Positions 8,651 to 19,197 of a stretch of DNA of 64,000 nt are shown here, piece by piece. The position numbers and the translations under genes were made by a program. The stretch's first letter is position 1; each line of letters opens with the position of its first letter. The stretch covers positions 148-64,147 of the forward strand of contig DASRFY010000211.1 in assembly GCA_035651315.1 (NCBI GenBank), in the 5' to 3' direction. The notes beneath the pieces are model-generated. The model was not told where the DNA came from, made no database searches, and saw only the letters and a program-made list of their open reading frames with translations. This DNA comes from Burkholderiales bacterium. GTDB taxonomy: Bacteria; Pseudomonadota; Gammaproteobacteria; Burkholderiales; Eutrophovitaceae.

Positions 8651-9457
8651 TCAGCGCGCAGCGCGGGCCGCATTCGGCTGCCGCAGCAAGCGGCGCACGA
8701 AACCGGCGAGGGCGTCGAGCGTGGCCTGCTTCCGGTCCAGGTGCGGCGCGTGCGCGCAGCGCTCGAGCATCAGCGTCTCGACCGGGCCGCGCAGTTGGCG
8801 CTCGATCGCCCTTACCTGGGCAACGGTTCCGTACTGGTCGTCCTCGCCCTGGATGAGCAGCACCCGCGCCCGCACGCCGGCCAGGTACGCTTCAATGTTC
8901 CAGCGCCGGAAGTCCGGATCCAGCCAGATGTCGTTCCAGCCCTGAAACGTCGAGGCAGGATCGTCGTGGTAGCGCGCGAGCTTCGCTGCAAGGTCGGTGG
9001 TCTCGAACGCGACTTTCGCCTGGGCGATGCTATTTACCGTCAGCTCTTCGACGAATACGTGCGGCGCCATCAGCACCAGCCCGCGTACCGGCCACCTGCC
9101 GCTGCCCGCATGAATGAGCGCGATCGACGCGCCGTCGCTGTGCCCCACCAGGATCGGACTCGCCACCCCGAGCTGGCGCAGGAGGTCGGGCAACGTCTCC
9201 AGCGCCTCGCGGTGCATGTAGTCGACCGCGCGCGGCGCGTCGAGCCGGTCGGATTTGCCGTAGCCGTAGCGAGAGTAGATGAGCGCCGGACAGCCGGTCG
9301 CCGCAGCCGCCTCCGACGGAAAGCCCTTCCACATTGCCAGCGAGCCCAGCCCTTCGTGCAGGAATACCAGCGCCGGGGCATGGGCGCCGGCGCGCGCCGG
9401 CCGGATCCATTGGTATTCGAGGCGGTGTCCGCCGGAGGTGAGGAAGGAAACGCTCAT
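8651..9457 (-). CDS. Alpha/beta-fold hydrolase
   Basis: HEGLGS oxyanion region and nucleophile elbow GHSDG. 268 aa. Lies 11 nt downstream of the benzoate-CoA ligase gene. Confidence 0.8.
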   Translation of the reverse strand: MSVSFLTSGGHRLEYQWIRPARAGAHAPALVFLHEGLGSLAMWKGFPSEAAAATGCPALIYSRYGYGKSDRLDAPRAVDYMHREALETLPDLLRQLGVASPILVGHSDGASIALIHAGSGRWPVRGLVLMAPHVFVEELTVNSIAQAKVAFETTDLAAKLARYHDDPASTFQGWNDIWLDPDFRRWNIEAYLAGVRARVLLIQGEDDQYGTVAQVRAIERQLRGPVETLMLERCAHAPHLDRKQATLDALAGFVRRLLRQPNAARAAR

Positions 9458-9468
9458 CGTCGGAGGCT

Positions 9469-11061
<1,593 letters not shown>

Positions 11062-11204
11062 GCCCCCCTCCTTTCCCCCTGTTCCCTGTATGGTGCGGCT
11101 CTTCGCGGCGGTTGCCGCGAGCGGGCAGTGTACCCAGAAGGCGCCACGGCGGCCGCAAACGGCGCCGGGCGCAACGCGCGTCGTGCAGGTTCTGCAGCGC
11201 TTCC

Positions 11205-11735
11205 CTAGGCCAATCCGAAATCGCCCCGCTGCGCGTCGCCCGCCGGCGCCGCCGCTGCCGCACCGCGGCACAGTGCGATCCAGCCTTCGATCCATTCCAC
11301 GGCTTCGTCCTCGGGCAGCGTACCGTCGCTCGCGTCGTTGAACATGATCTCGCCCACGCGCTTTGCGCCGAGTTCTCGGAGGATGCGGTCGAAGCGCTTG
11401 CCGCCGTTGCAGAACGTCTCGGCGTAGGTGCGGTCACCCAGCGCAACCACGCCGTAACGGACATTCGACAGGCCCGGACGCGCCGACTGCAGCGATTCGT
11501 AGAGCTGCTTGGCGTTGTCCGGCACGTCGCCCTGTCCGTAAGTCGACGTGCAGATCAGGAACAAGCCGCCGCGCGCGAAAAATTCGGCGCTCAGGTCGTC
11601 CATGAGCACGGTATGCGCGCGGACGTCGAGGTCCTCGAGCCGAAGCTCCAGGGCCTGGGCCACGAGCTGCGCGATTCCGGTCTGGGTGCCCACCAGGATA
11701 GTCAGCTCCAGTGCCTGCTGATCTGCGTCCGTCAC
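11205..11735 (-). CDS. Flavodoxin-domain protein
   Basis: Has ILVGTQTGIAQ (FMN phosphate loop) and ICTSTYGQGDVP (flavodoxin-like fold). The start is ambiguous: GTG at 11735 or upstream ATGs up to 11837. Confidence 0.65.
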   Translation of the reverse strand: MTDADQQALELTILVGTQTGIAQLVAQALELRLEDLDVRAHTVLMDDLSAEFFARGGLFLICTSTYGQGDVPDNAKQLYESLQSARPGLSNVRYGVVALGDRTYAETFCNGGKRFDRILRELGAKRVGEIMFNDASDGTLPEDEAVEWIEGWIALCRGAAAAAPAGDAQRGDFGLA

Positions 11736-11769
11736 GTCCGATCTTCCCCGGCTTGTATTGCGCCGTACA

Positions 11770-11813
11770 TGCATTATCATGCACATGATGGTGCTGATAG
11801 GCAATAAAGTGCA
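11770..11813. promoter_or_regulatory. Candidate BoxR/BzdR-type operator (TGCA repeats) in the divergent promoter region
   Basis: TGCA-N6-TGCA at 11770-11783 plus TGCA at 11810-11813, in the 101-bp AT-richer gap between the flavodoxin gene and boxR. BzdR/BoxR operators are reported to be built on TGCA repeats. Confidence 0.35.
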
Positions 11814-11836
11814 GCCGGCCGCGCTGCCTTGCCGCA

Positions 11837-12751
11837 ATGGGCGCGCGTGACCACAGGCCCGGCTCGAAAGCCCTCTCCTCGCCCGGAGCCGAGGACGCCG
11901 CGCTGCTGCGCACGCTCGGCGAGCGGGTGCGCGATGCGCGTTCGCGCCGCGGCCTGACGCGCAGGATGCTGGCGCGCGACTCCGGCGTGTCCGAGCGCTA
12001 CCTCGCCCAGCTCGAGTCCGGGCGCGGGAACGCCTCCATCCTGCTGCTGCGGCAGATCGGCGCGGCGGTCGGGCTTTCGCCGGCGGCCCTGTTGAGTCGG
12101 CCCGACGAAGAGCCCGCCGAACTGGGCTTCATCTACCAGTTCCTGCGCCGCCTGCCGCCGCAGCGGCTGGCGCGGGTGCGAGAGCAACTGCTGCGCGACT
12201 ATGGCAACGCGATGGCGGTTCGCGGCAAGCGCGTCGCGCTGGTCGGCCTGCGCGGCGCGGGCAAGTCCACGCTCGGCGCTGCGCTCGCCGCCGCGCTGCG
12301 CGTAGCGTTCATCGAGCTGGATCGCGAGATCGAACGCGAAGCGGCCACCAGCCTCGCGGAAATCTTCCTGCTCTACGGACAGCAGGGCTACCGCAGATAC
12401 GAGCGCCGCTGCCTGGAAAAGACGCTGGAGGCGCACGAGCGCTGCGTCATCGCCACCGGCGGCAGCATCGTCTCGGAGCCGTCCACCTACGACCTGCTGC
12501 GGTCCACCTGCTTCACCGTCTGGCTCAAGGCCTCGCCCGAGGAGCACATGGCGCGGGTGATTGCGCAGGGCGACACGCGCCCGATGGCCGGCAATGCGCA
12601 GGCGATGGACGACCTGCGACGGATCCTGGCCGGCCGCGCGCCGCTTTACGGGCAGGCGGACGCGACGGTCGAGACCGCCGGGCGCAGCGTGCGACAAAGC
12701 CTCGCGGCGCTCAAGCGCGCGATCCGGGCCCGGGAAGGAGGAGCACCATGA
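11837..12751 (+). CDS. boxR: BoxR/BzdR-type regulator (XRE HTH fused to a shikimate-kinase-like domain)
   Basis: N-terminal HTH (GLTRRMLARDSGVSERYLAQLESGRGN). The C-terminal P-loop GLRGAGKST with a shikimate-kinase-like fold is diagnostic of the BzdR/BoxR architecture. The stop overlaps the boxC start (ATGA). Confidence 0.85.
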   Translation: MGARDHRPGSKALSSPGAEDAALLRTLGERVRDARSRRGLTRRMLARDSGVSERYLAQLESGRGNASILLLRQIGAAVGLSPAALLSRPDEEPAELGFIYQFLRRLPPQRLARVREQLLRDYGNAMAVRGKRVALVGLRGAGKSTLGAALAAALRVAFIELDREIEREAATSLAEIFLLYGQQGYRRYERRCLEKTLEAHERCVIATGGSIVSEPSTYDLLRSTCFTVWLKASPEEHMARVIAQGDTRPMAGNAQAMDDLRRILAGRAPLYGQADATVETAGRSVRQSLAALKRAIRAREGGAP

Positions 12752-14433
12752 GCGCAGTCGCCCAGGGCGCGGCGCCGAAAGAGACGACGCCCGTCACGTT
12801 CGATACCCATCCGGACCGCTACGCGCACTGGCGGCTGTCGATCGACGAGCCGGTGGCGACGCTCGCGATGGACGTCGCCGAGGACAGGGGCCTGCAGCCG
12901 GGCTACCGGCTGAAGCTCAACTCCTACGACTTGGGCGTGGACATCGAGCTCAACGACGCGCTCAACCGCATCCGCTTCGAGCACCCGGCGGTGAAGTGCG
13001 TGGTCATCACCAGCGCAAAGGAGCGCATGTTCTGCTCCGGCGCCAACATCTACATGCTCGGCCAGTCCGGCCACGCGTGGAAAGTCAACTTCTGCAAGTT
13101 CACCAACGAGACCCGCAACGGCATGGAGGACTCCAGCCGCCACGAGGGCCTGAAGTTCCTGGCGGCGGTGAACGGCACGGTCGCCGGGGGAGGCTACGAG
13201 CTGGCGCTCGCCTGCGACGAGATCGCGATGATCGACGATCGCTCGTCCACGGTGAGCCTGCCGGAAGTGCCGCTGCTCGGCGTGCTGCCGGGAACGGGCG
13301 GCCTGACGCGGCTCCTCGACAAGAGGAAAGTCCGGCGCGATCTCGCCGATGTGTTTGCTTCCACGGCCGAAGGCGTGCGCGCCGATCGCGCGCAGCAGTG
13401 GAAGCTGGTGGATCATATCGCGCGCCCGCAGCAGTTCGCACAGGTCGTGAAGGAACGCGCCGCGGCGCTGTGCGCGCAAAGCACGCGAAGCGCAACAGGG
13501 CAAGGCGTATCGTTGCCACCGCTCGCGCGCACGATCGACGCGGAGGGCTTGCACTACCGCCACGTCGACGTGCGGATCGACCGCAAGGCGCGCAGCGCGA
13601 CGATCACGGTCCATGGGCCGGACGGCGCGCAGCCGGCAGACGCAGGCGAGATCCGGGAAGCCGGCGCGCAGTGGTGGCCGCTCGCCGTGGCGCGCGAGCT
13701 GGACGACGCGATCCTGATGTTACGCACCAACGAACTCGAGATCGGCCTCTGGCTTCTGAAGACCCTCGGCGACGTGCAGGCGGTACTCGCAACGGATGCC
13801 GTGCTGAAGGCGCAGCGCGACGACTGGTTCGTGCGCGAGACCGTAGGCTGGCTGCGGCGGGCGCTGGCGCGGCTGGATGTCAGCTCGCGTAGCCTGTTCG
13901 CGATCGTCGACCACGGTTCGTGCTTTGCCGGCACGCTCGCGGAGCTGGCGCTCGCTGCCGACCGCAGCTACATGCTGGCATCGCCGGAAGCGGAACCGGG
14001 CGCGCCCGAGATCGCGCTGTCGGAAATGAACTTCGGCGCCTACCCCATGGCGAACCGCTTGACGCGGCTGCAGACGCGCTTCTGCGGCGAAATCGCCGCC
14101 GCCCACGCGCTGCGCGCGCGGATCGGCCAGCCGCTGAAGGCTTCGCAGGCGCTCGCCCTCGGGCTGGTGACCTTCGCCCCCGACGACATCGACTGGGCGG
14201 AAGAGGTGCGCATCGCGGTGGAGGAACGCGCGAGCCTTTCGCCCGACGCGCTGACCGGCATGGAAGCCAACCTGCGCTTCGCCGGCTCGGAGACGATGGA
14301 GACGCGCATCTTCGGGCGTCTCTCGGCGTGGCAGAACTGGATCTTCGGCCGTCCGAATGCGGTCGGCGAGCACGGTGCATTGAAGGTTTACGGCTCCGGC
14401 GCCAAAGCCAAGTTCAGCTGGGAACGAGTGTGA
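12748..14433 (+). CDS. boxC: 2,3-epoxybenzoyl-CoA dihydrolase (benzoyl-CoA-dihydrodiol lyase)
   Basis: 561-aa crotonase-superfamily protein with BoxC-type length and N-terminal region (HPDRYAHWRL, LNSYDLGVDIELNDAL, FCSGANIYML). Confidence 0.9.
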   Translation: MSAVAQGAAPKETTPVTFDTHPDRYAHWRLSIDEPVATLAMDVAEDRGLQPGYRLKLNSYDLGVDIELNDALNRIRFEHPAVKCVVITSAKERMFCSGANIYMLGQSGHAWKVNFCKFTNETRNGMEDSSRHEGLKFLAAVNGTVAGGGYELALACDEIAMIDDRSSTVSLPEVPLLGVLPGTGGLTRLLDKRKVRRDLADVFASTAEGVRADRAQQWKLVDHIARPQQFAQVVKERAAALCAQSTRSATGQGVSLPPLARTIDAEGLHYRHVDVRIDRKARSATITVHGPDGAQPADAGEIREAGAQWWPLAVARELDDAILMLRTNELEIGLWLLKTLGDVQAVLATDAVLKAQRDDWFVRETVGWLRRALARLDVSSRSLFAIVDHGSCFAGTLAELALAADRSYMLASPEAEPGAPEIALSEMNFGAYPMANRLTRLQTRFCGEIAAAHALRARIGQPLKASQALALGLVTFAPDDIDWAEEVRIAVEERASLSPDALTGMEANLRFAGSETMETRIFGRLSAWQNWIFGRPNAVGEHGALKVYGSGAKAKFSWERV

Positions 14434-14448
14434 AAAGCGGAACATCAA

Positions 14449-14722
14449 CGCCTCAACGCAGTGGCGCAGAATCCAAATCCACTTCTCAACGCAGAGGCGC
14501 AGAGGACGCAGAGTTCGCAGAGGAAAATCGGGAATGAAATGTGTGGACAGCAGATCGTCGGACTTGAACATGGAGAAGCGCATTTGAGCACATCCGCGTC
14601 GACTGCCAATGCAAGACAAGGCCAATGCTTACACCCTATCTCTTCCACATAGCACGACTGTGGCTCCGGTATCGAGTTCTTTCTCTGCGAACTCTGCGTC
14701 CTCTGCGCCTCTGCGTTGAGAT
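14449..14722. repeat. Element B: long inverted repeat built from tandem CGCAGAG heptamers
   Basis: Perfect 38-bp arms at 14485-14522 (ctcaacgcagaggcgcagaggacgcagagttcgcagag) and 14683-14720, with a 160-nt spacer. CGCAGAG copies at 14490, 14498, 14507 and 14516. An unpaired partial copy of the arm start (ctcaacgcagtggcgcaga) lies at 14451-14469. Confidence 0.9.
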
Positions 14723-14743
14723 TTCGATGTTAGGAGTTAATTC

Positions 14744-16153
14744 GTGAGCATCAACTACAGCGAGCGGATTCCGAACAACGTCGACCTCGCGAACGACCGG
14801 GCGCTGCAGCGCGCGCTCGAGCACTGGCAGCCGAAGTTTCTCGACTGGTGGCGGGAAATGGGGCCGAACCGGTTCGCCTCAGACGAGGTGTACCTGCGCA
14901 CGGCGGTGGGCGTGGACGCGCAGGGTTGGGCGAGCTACGGCTTCGTGAAGATGCCGGACTATCGCTGGGGCATCTTTCTCGCCGATCCGACTCCGGATCG
15001 CACGATCGGTTTTGGCGATTACTTCGGACAGCCGGCCTGGCAGCAGGTGCCGGGCGAGCTGCGCTCGGCGTTCCGCCGCATCATCGTCACCCAGGGCGAC
15101 ACCGAACCCGCGTCGGTCGAGCAGCAGCACCTGCTCGGCCTCACCTGCCCCTCGCTGTACGACCTCAGGAACCTGTTCCAGGTGAACGTCGAGGAAGGGC
15201 GCCATCTGTGGGCGATGGTCTACCTGCTGCACGCCCATTTTGGGCGCGATGGGCGCGAAGAGGCGGAAGAGCTGCTGGCGCGCCACTCCGGGGACGCCGA
15301 CAAGCCGCGCATCCTCGGCACCTTCAACGAGCCGATCCGCGACTGGCTGTCTTTCTTCATGTTCACCTACTTCACCGACCGCGACGGCAAATTCCAGTTG
15401 AAAAGCCTCGCCGAGTCGGGGTTCGACCCGCTGGCGCGCACCTGCCGCTTCATGCTCACCGAGGAAGCGCACCACATGTTCGTCGGCGAGAGCGGGGTCG
15501 GGCGGGTGGTGAAGCGCACGCTGGAGGTGATGAGGGAGCTGGGCACCGACGATCCGGACGCGGTGCGAAGACAGGGAGCGATCGACCTGCCGACGATCCA
15601 GCGCTACCTGAATTTCTGGTACAGCTCCTCGCTGGACCTGTTCGGCTCGGAGGTGTCGTCGAACGCGGCATCCTCGTTCGCCAACGGCATCAAGGGGCGT
15701 CCCGACGAGACGCAATACGAAGACCATGATTGCGCCGATGCCAGCTTCGAGCTCGAGACGCCGCAAGGCAGGGAAGTCGTCGGCCTGCGCAACGCGATGA
15801 ACGAGGTGCTGCGCGAGGCCTACAGCAGGGACTGCGAGATCGGGGTCAGGCGCTGGAACATGCAGATCAGGCGCGCGGGGATCGATTTCGAGCTGAAGTT
15901 ACCGAGCTCGCGGTTCCGCCGCATGATCGGCGTCTGGGCCAATGCGACCGTCGATCCCGCCGGCAATGCGCTGGCGCGCGAAGAGTACGAGCGGCGCATT
16001 GCCGAGTGGATCCCGAGCGAGTCCGACCGCGCCTTCGTCCAAGGCTTGATGCAGCGCGTCGTCGAACCGGGGAAGGTGGCGAGCTGGATCGCCCCGCCGG
16101 AGCGCGGCATCAACAACCTGCCGGTGGATTACGAGTACGTGCGGCTCGACTGA
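14744..16153 (+). CDS. boxB: Benzoyl-CoA 2,3-epoxidase, oxygenase subunit B
   Basis: 469-aa diiron oxygenase with the typical BoxB N-terminus SINYSERIPNNVDL and EEGRH / EEAHH diiron ligand motifs. GTG start at 14744 with AGGAG 7 nt upstream. Confidence 0.9.
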   Translation: MSINYSERIPNNVDLANDRALQRALEHWQPKFLDWWREMGPNRFASDEVYLRTAVGVDAQGWASYGFVKMPDYRWGIFLADPTPDRTIGFGDYFGQPAWQQVPGELRSAFRRIIVTQGDTEPASVEQQHLLGLTCPSLYDLRNLFQVNVEEGRHLWAMVYLLHAHFGRDGREEAEELLARHSGDADKPRILGTFNEPIRDWLSFFMFTYFTDRDGKFQLKSLAESGFDPLARTCRFMLTEEAHHMFVGESGVGRVVKRTLEVMRELGTDDPDAVRRQGAIDLPTIQRYLNFWYSSSLDLFGSEVSSNAASSFANGIKGRPDETQYEDHDCADASFELETPQGREVVGLRNAMNEVLREAYSRDCEIGVRRWNMQIRRAGIDFELKLPSSRFRRMIGVWANATVDPAGNALAREEYERRIAEWIPSESDRAFVQGLMQRVVEPGKVASWIAPPERGINNLPVDYEYVRLD

Positions 16154-16244
16154 ACGGGGTCCGGCGGCGGCGCGCGGCCGGGACTTCGGGCGCCCCTGCG
16201 CGGCGCGCCCCGCGATCGCGTCGGCGCCGACGCGAGTCGATTCC

Positions 16245-16646
16245 TCAGGACGCCTTCTCTGCGCTCAGCGGGCCCGAGCCGTACACCACGACGTAGAGCA
16301 TGCCGCCCATGATCGCGAGATTCTTCATGAACTGGATCTGCTGCATCATCGCCTGGTCGGCGGGCGCGGCCCAGAAGGCATGGAAGAACAGGCCGGCGAG
16401 GAAGGTGAACACGAACAGCGCGGCCGCCGCCCAGCGCGCCTTCCAGCCGATCACCAGGAGAATGCCGCCGCCGAGTTCGACGATGATCGCAATGACCGTG
16501 AGCAATTGCGGAGCCGGCAGCCCCGCCGACTGGATGTAGCCCGCCGTGCCCTGGAAGCCCATGATCTTGCCGAGGCCCGAGATGATGAAGATCACCGCGA
16601 GCAGAATGCGTGCGACCAGCGGTCCGAATTTCTTGATCGTCGTCAT
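16245..16646 (-). CDS. DoxX family membrane protein
   Basis: 133 aa, 4 TM. Starts MTTIKKFGPLVARILLAVIFIISGLGK, typical of DoxX. ATG at 16644-16646 with GGGAGAA upstream. The rest of ORF 16245..16979 is a spurious extension. Confidence 0.85.
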   Translation of the reverse strand: MTTIKKFGPLVARILLAVIFIISGLGKIMGFQGTAGYIQSAGLPAPQLLTVIAIIVELGGGILLVIGWKARWAAAALFVFTFLAGLFFHAFWAAPADQAMMQQIQFMKNLAIMGGMLYVVVYGSGPLSAEKAS

Positions 16647-16764
16647 GATGGCGTTCTCCCTGTCAGGATTGATAAGGCATCGGGTAACTTCGGCTGCGCT
16701 GCTCCTGCTGCGAGGAAGCGGCCCAATATAGCCTTTCGCCGCGCCATACAACAAGCGCTTCACG

Positions 16765-17463
16765 TCAGGCCAGATCGAAAAGCAGCACCTCCGCCCGGCG
16801 GCCGTTGTCGATCGCGATGCGCCGCTCGCCGGTCGCCCCGAGCGCATCGCCGGCGGCAAGTGCCTTGCCATTGACTGCGGCTTCGCCGCGAGCAACGTGA
16901 ACATACGCGCGGCGGCCGGGCGCGATCTCGTGCTCGACCCGTTCTTCTCCGTCGACCAGCGCCGCGTAGAGGCAAGCATCCTGGTGAATCTTCACCGAGC
17001 CGTCGCCCCCATCGGGGGAGGCGAGCAGCCGCAACCTGCCGCGCTTTTCCGCGGGGTCGAAATACTTCTGCTCGTAGCTCGGCGCGATCGAATAGACCGC
17101 GGGCTCGATCCAGATCTGCAGAAAGTGCACGAGATCCCGTTGCGAGGGGTTGTATTCGCTGTGGAACACGCCGGTTCCGGCGCTCATGCGCTGCACATCC
17201 CCCGGCCGGATCACCGAGCCGTTGCCCATGCTGTCGCGGTGTTCGAGCGCCCCGTCGAGCACGTAGCTGATGATCTCCATGTCGCGATGCGGGTGCTTGT
17301 CGAAACCGGCGCCCGGCGCGACGCGGTCCTCGTTGATGACGCGCAGCGCGCCGAAGCCCACGTGGCGAGGGTCGTAGTACCCGGCAAACGAAAAGGTATG
17401 GAAGCTCCGCAGCCAGCCGTGGTCTGCAAAGCCCCGTTCGCCGCTCCTGCGAAGTTCGATCAT
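16765..17463 (-). CDS. Pirin family protein
   Basis: 232-aa bicupin with the pirin metal site HPHRDMEIISYV and FHSEYN. Confidence 0.9.
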   Translation of the reverse strand: MIELRRSGERGFADHGWLRSFHTFSFAGYYDPRHVGFGALRVINEDRVAPGAGFDKHPHRDMEIISYVLDGALEHRDSMGNGSVIRPGDVQRMSAGTGVFHSEYNPSQRDLVHFLQIWIEPAVYSIAPSYEQKYFDPAEKRGRLRLLASPDGGDGSVKIHQDACLYAALVDGEERVEHEIAPGRRAYVHVARGEAAVNGKALAAGDALGATGERRIAIDNGRRAEVLLFDLA

Positions 17464-17608
17464 ATTGACCTCATTTCTCCTTTCAGTCCGATCCGCAACT
17501 AAAGCAGGGGCAATATATGATTCAAGTACAAGATGTACAAGAATAATTATTGGAATGTATTATTCAATTTATCTGAATGTTTCAAGTGCACTCCGGCAGG
17601 AATTGGAC

Positions 17609-17767
17609 TCAAGTCATCGCGGGCGCGAGCGCGCAAAGCTTGAAATTGGCAAAGTCGATCAGCGACTCCGGCGACAGATAGGCGCGCAGCGCGAGTACGG
17701 TGAGCGCGAGACAGATGAGCGCGAGCACGACCCACCAGAGCGCGGATCGCCAGCCCGGCGCGATCAC
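17609..17767 (-). CDS. Candidate small membrane protein translationally coupled to the MFS gene (MFS small-subunit-like)
   Basis: 52 codons. GTG (17765-17767) overlaps the MFS TGA (GTGA) and GGAGG lies 10 nt upstream. There is one clear TM helix (ALWWVVLALICLALTVLAL). It appears only as the tail of the over-long ORF 17609..18967. Confidence 0.45.
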   Translation of the reverse strand: MIAPGWRSALWWVVLALICLALTVLALRAYLSPESLIDFANFKLCALAPAMT

Positions 17768-18984
17768 GCCGCCTGCGCCTCCACGCGCGCGAGCGGCCTT
17801 TCGTCGATCGGCAGATTGAGAATGGCGGCAACCACGCCCAGGACGATACTCCCCATCCAGACCGGATAGTACGAACCGCTCGCGTCGAAAAGATAACCGC
17901 CCAGCCACACCCCGGCGAAGCTGCCGATCTGATGGCTCAGGAAGACGATGCCGAACAGCATCGAGACGAAACGCACGCCGAAGATCTGCGCCACCAGGCC
18001 GTTGGTGAGCGGCACCGTGCCCAGCCACAGGAAGCCGATGCCGGCGGCAAACAGATACACCGTGACCGGGGAAACCGGCAGGAACAGGAACGCGGCGATG
18101 ATGACGGCGCGCAGAATGTAAATGCCCGACAGCAGATATTTCTTGCTGAAGCGGCCGCCGAGCATGCCGGCGGCAAACGACCCGGCGATATTGAACAGCC
18201 CGATGAGCGCGAGCGCGGTGGCGCCGACCGCAGGCGCCATCTTCAGGTCGATCAGATACGCGGGCAGATGCACCGAGATGAACGCCACCTGGAAGCCGCA
18301 GACGAAGAACCCCGCGGTCAGATACCAGAATCCGGCATGCGCGCCCGCTTCTCTCAAGGCGGCGCCGAGCGACTGCTCGGCCCGGGCTGACGTCGCGGAC
18401 CCGGGCCCACGCCGCTCGACCATTGCCGCCGCGAGCGGGACCGTTGCCAGTATCGTCCCGGCCAGCACGAGCAAGGCATGGTGCCAGCCAAGGCCGGAGA
18501 TCAAGAGCTGGCCGAAGGGCAGCATGAGGAACTGGCCGAACGACCCGCCCGACGAGGCGATGCCGAGCGCGAGGCTGCGCCGCGCCTGCGGAAAGGCGCG
18601 ACCCACTACGCCAAGAATGACTCCGAAGCTCACGCCGCTGATGCCCAGGCCGACGAGGATTCCAGCGCTGAAGTCCAGCATCAGGGGAGTGGTGGAATAC
18701 GGCATGAGCGCAAGCCCGGCGGCGAACAGCAGGCCCGACACCGCGACGACACGCCCGGCGCCCTGACGATCCGCCCAGGCGCCGAAGAAGGGTTGCGCCA
18801 TTCCCCAGATCAGATTGCACAGCGCCATTGCGAAGGAAAAGTGGCTGCGTCCCCAGCCCAATTCCGCGCTCATCGGCTGCAGGAACAGGCCGAAGCTCTG
18901 CCGGACTCCCAGCGCGAGCGTGAGGATGACGGCGCCGCACAGGAGTACTACGGCCGGCGTGCGCCAATGTGTGGTGGGATGCAT
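17764..18984 (-). CDS. MFS transporter (OFA/lactate-type)
   Basis: 12-TM hydrophobic profile. Start MHPTTHWRTPAVVLLCGAVIL at 18984, with AAGGA about 10 nt upstream. Confidence 0.85.
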   Translation of the reverse strand: MHPTTHWRTPAVVLLCGAVILTLALGVRQSFGLFLQPMSAELGWGRSHFSFAMALCNLIWGMAQPFFGAWADRQGAGRVVAVSGLLFAAGLALMPYSTTPLMLDFSAGILVGLGISGVSFGVILGVVGRAFPQARRSLALGIASSGGSFGQFLMLPFGQLLISGLGWHHALLVLAGTILATVPLAAAMVERRGPGSATSARAEQSLGAALREAGAHAGFWYLTAGFFVCGFQVAFISVHLPAYLIDLKMAPAVGATALALIGLFNIAGSFAAGMLGGRFSKKYLLSGIYILRAVIIAAFLFLPVSPVTVYLFAAGIGFLWLGTVPLTNGLVAQIFGVRFVSMLFGIVFLSHQIGSFAGVWLGGYLFDASGSYYPVWMGSIVLGVVAAILNLPIDERPLARVEAQAA

Positions 18985-19124
18985 CGATTTTCCGTCCTTG
19001 TTTCGAAGCGAGTATCGCGCGCCGAAATGCACGCCGCCGCAGGGCTCGACATCAGAAGCCGGAGACGGCGCCGCAGCCCCCCGCCGGCTTGCGCGCCGCC
19101 ACGCCTCATCTCCCTACTTATATA

Positions 19125-19160
19125 GATAAAAAGGCGGCAGGTGAATAAACACCTGCCGCC
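19125..19160 (-). terminator. Rho-independent terminator after the RND operon
   Basis: 11-bp GC-rich stem ggcggcaggtg / cacctgccgcc (19133-19143 / 19150-19160) with loop aataaa. On the minus strand it is followed by UUUUUA (complement of 19127-19132). It lies 38 nt downstream of the RND stop. Confidence 0.7.
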
Positions 19161-19197
19161 AGATTTGCGCCCCGAGCCGTGACGGTGCGCTGTCGCG

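Noticed and set aside
16216-16235. A 20-nt perfect palindrome tcgcgtcggcgccgacgcga between the convergent boxB and doxX genes. A similar 8-bp stem hairpin lies at 62732-62753 between the convergent pgm and Met-rich genes.
   Set aside because: Neither has a flanking U/T tract on either strand, so they were not called as intrinsic terminators. They may still act as bidirectional RNA 3-prime-end stabilisers.
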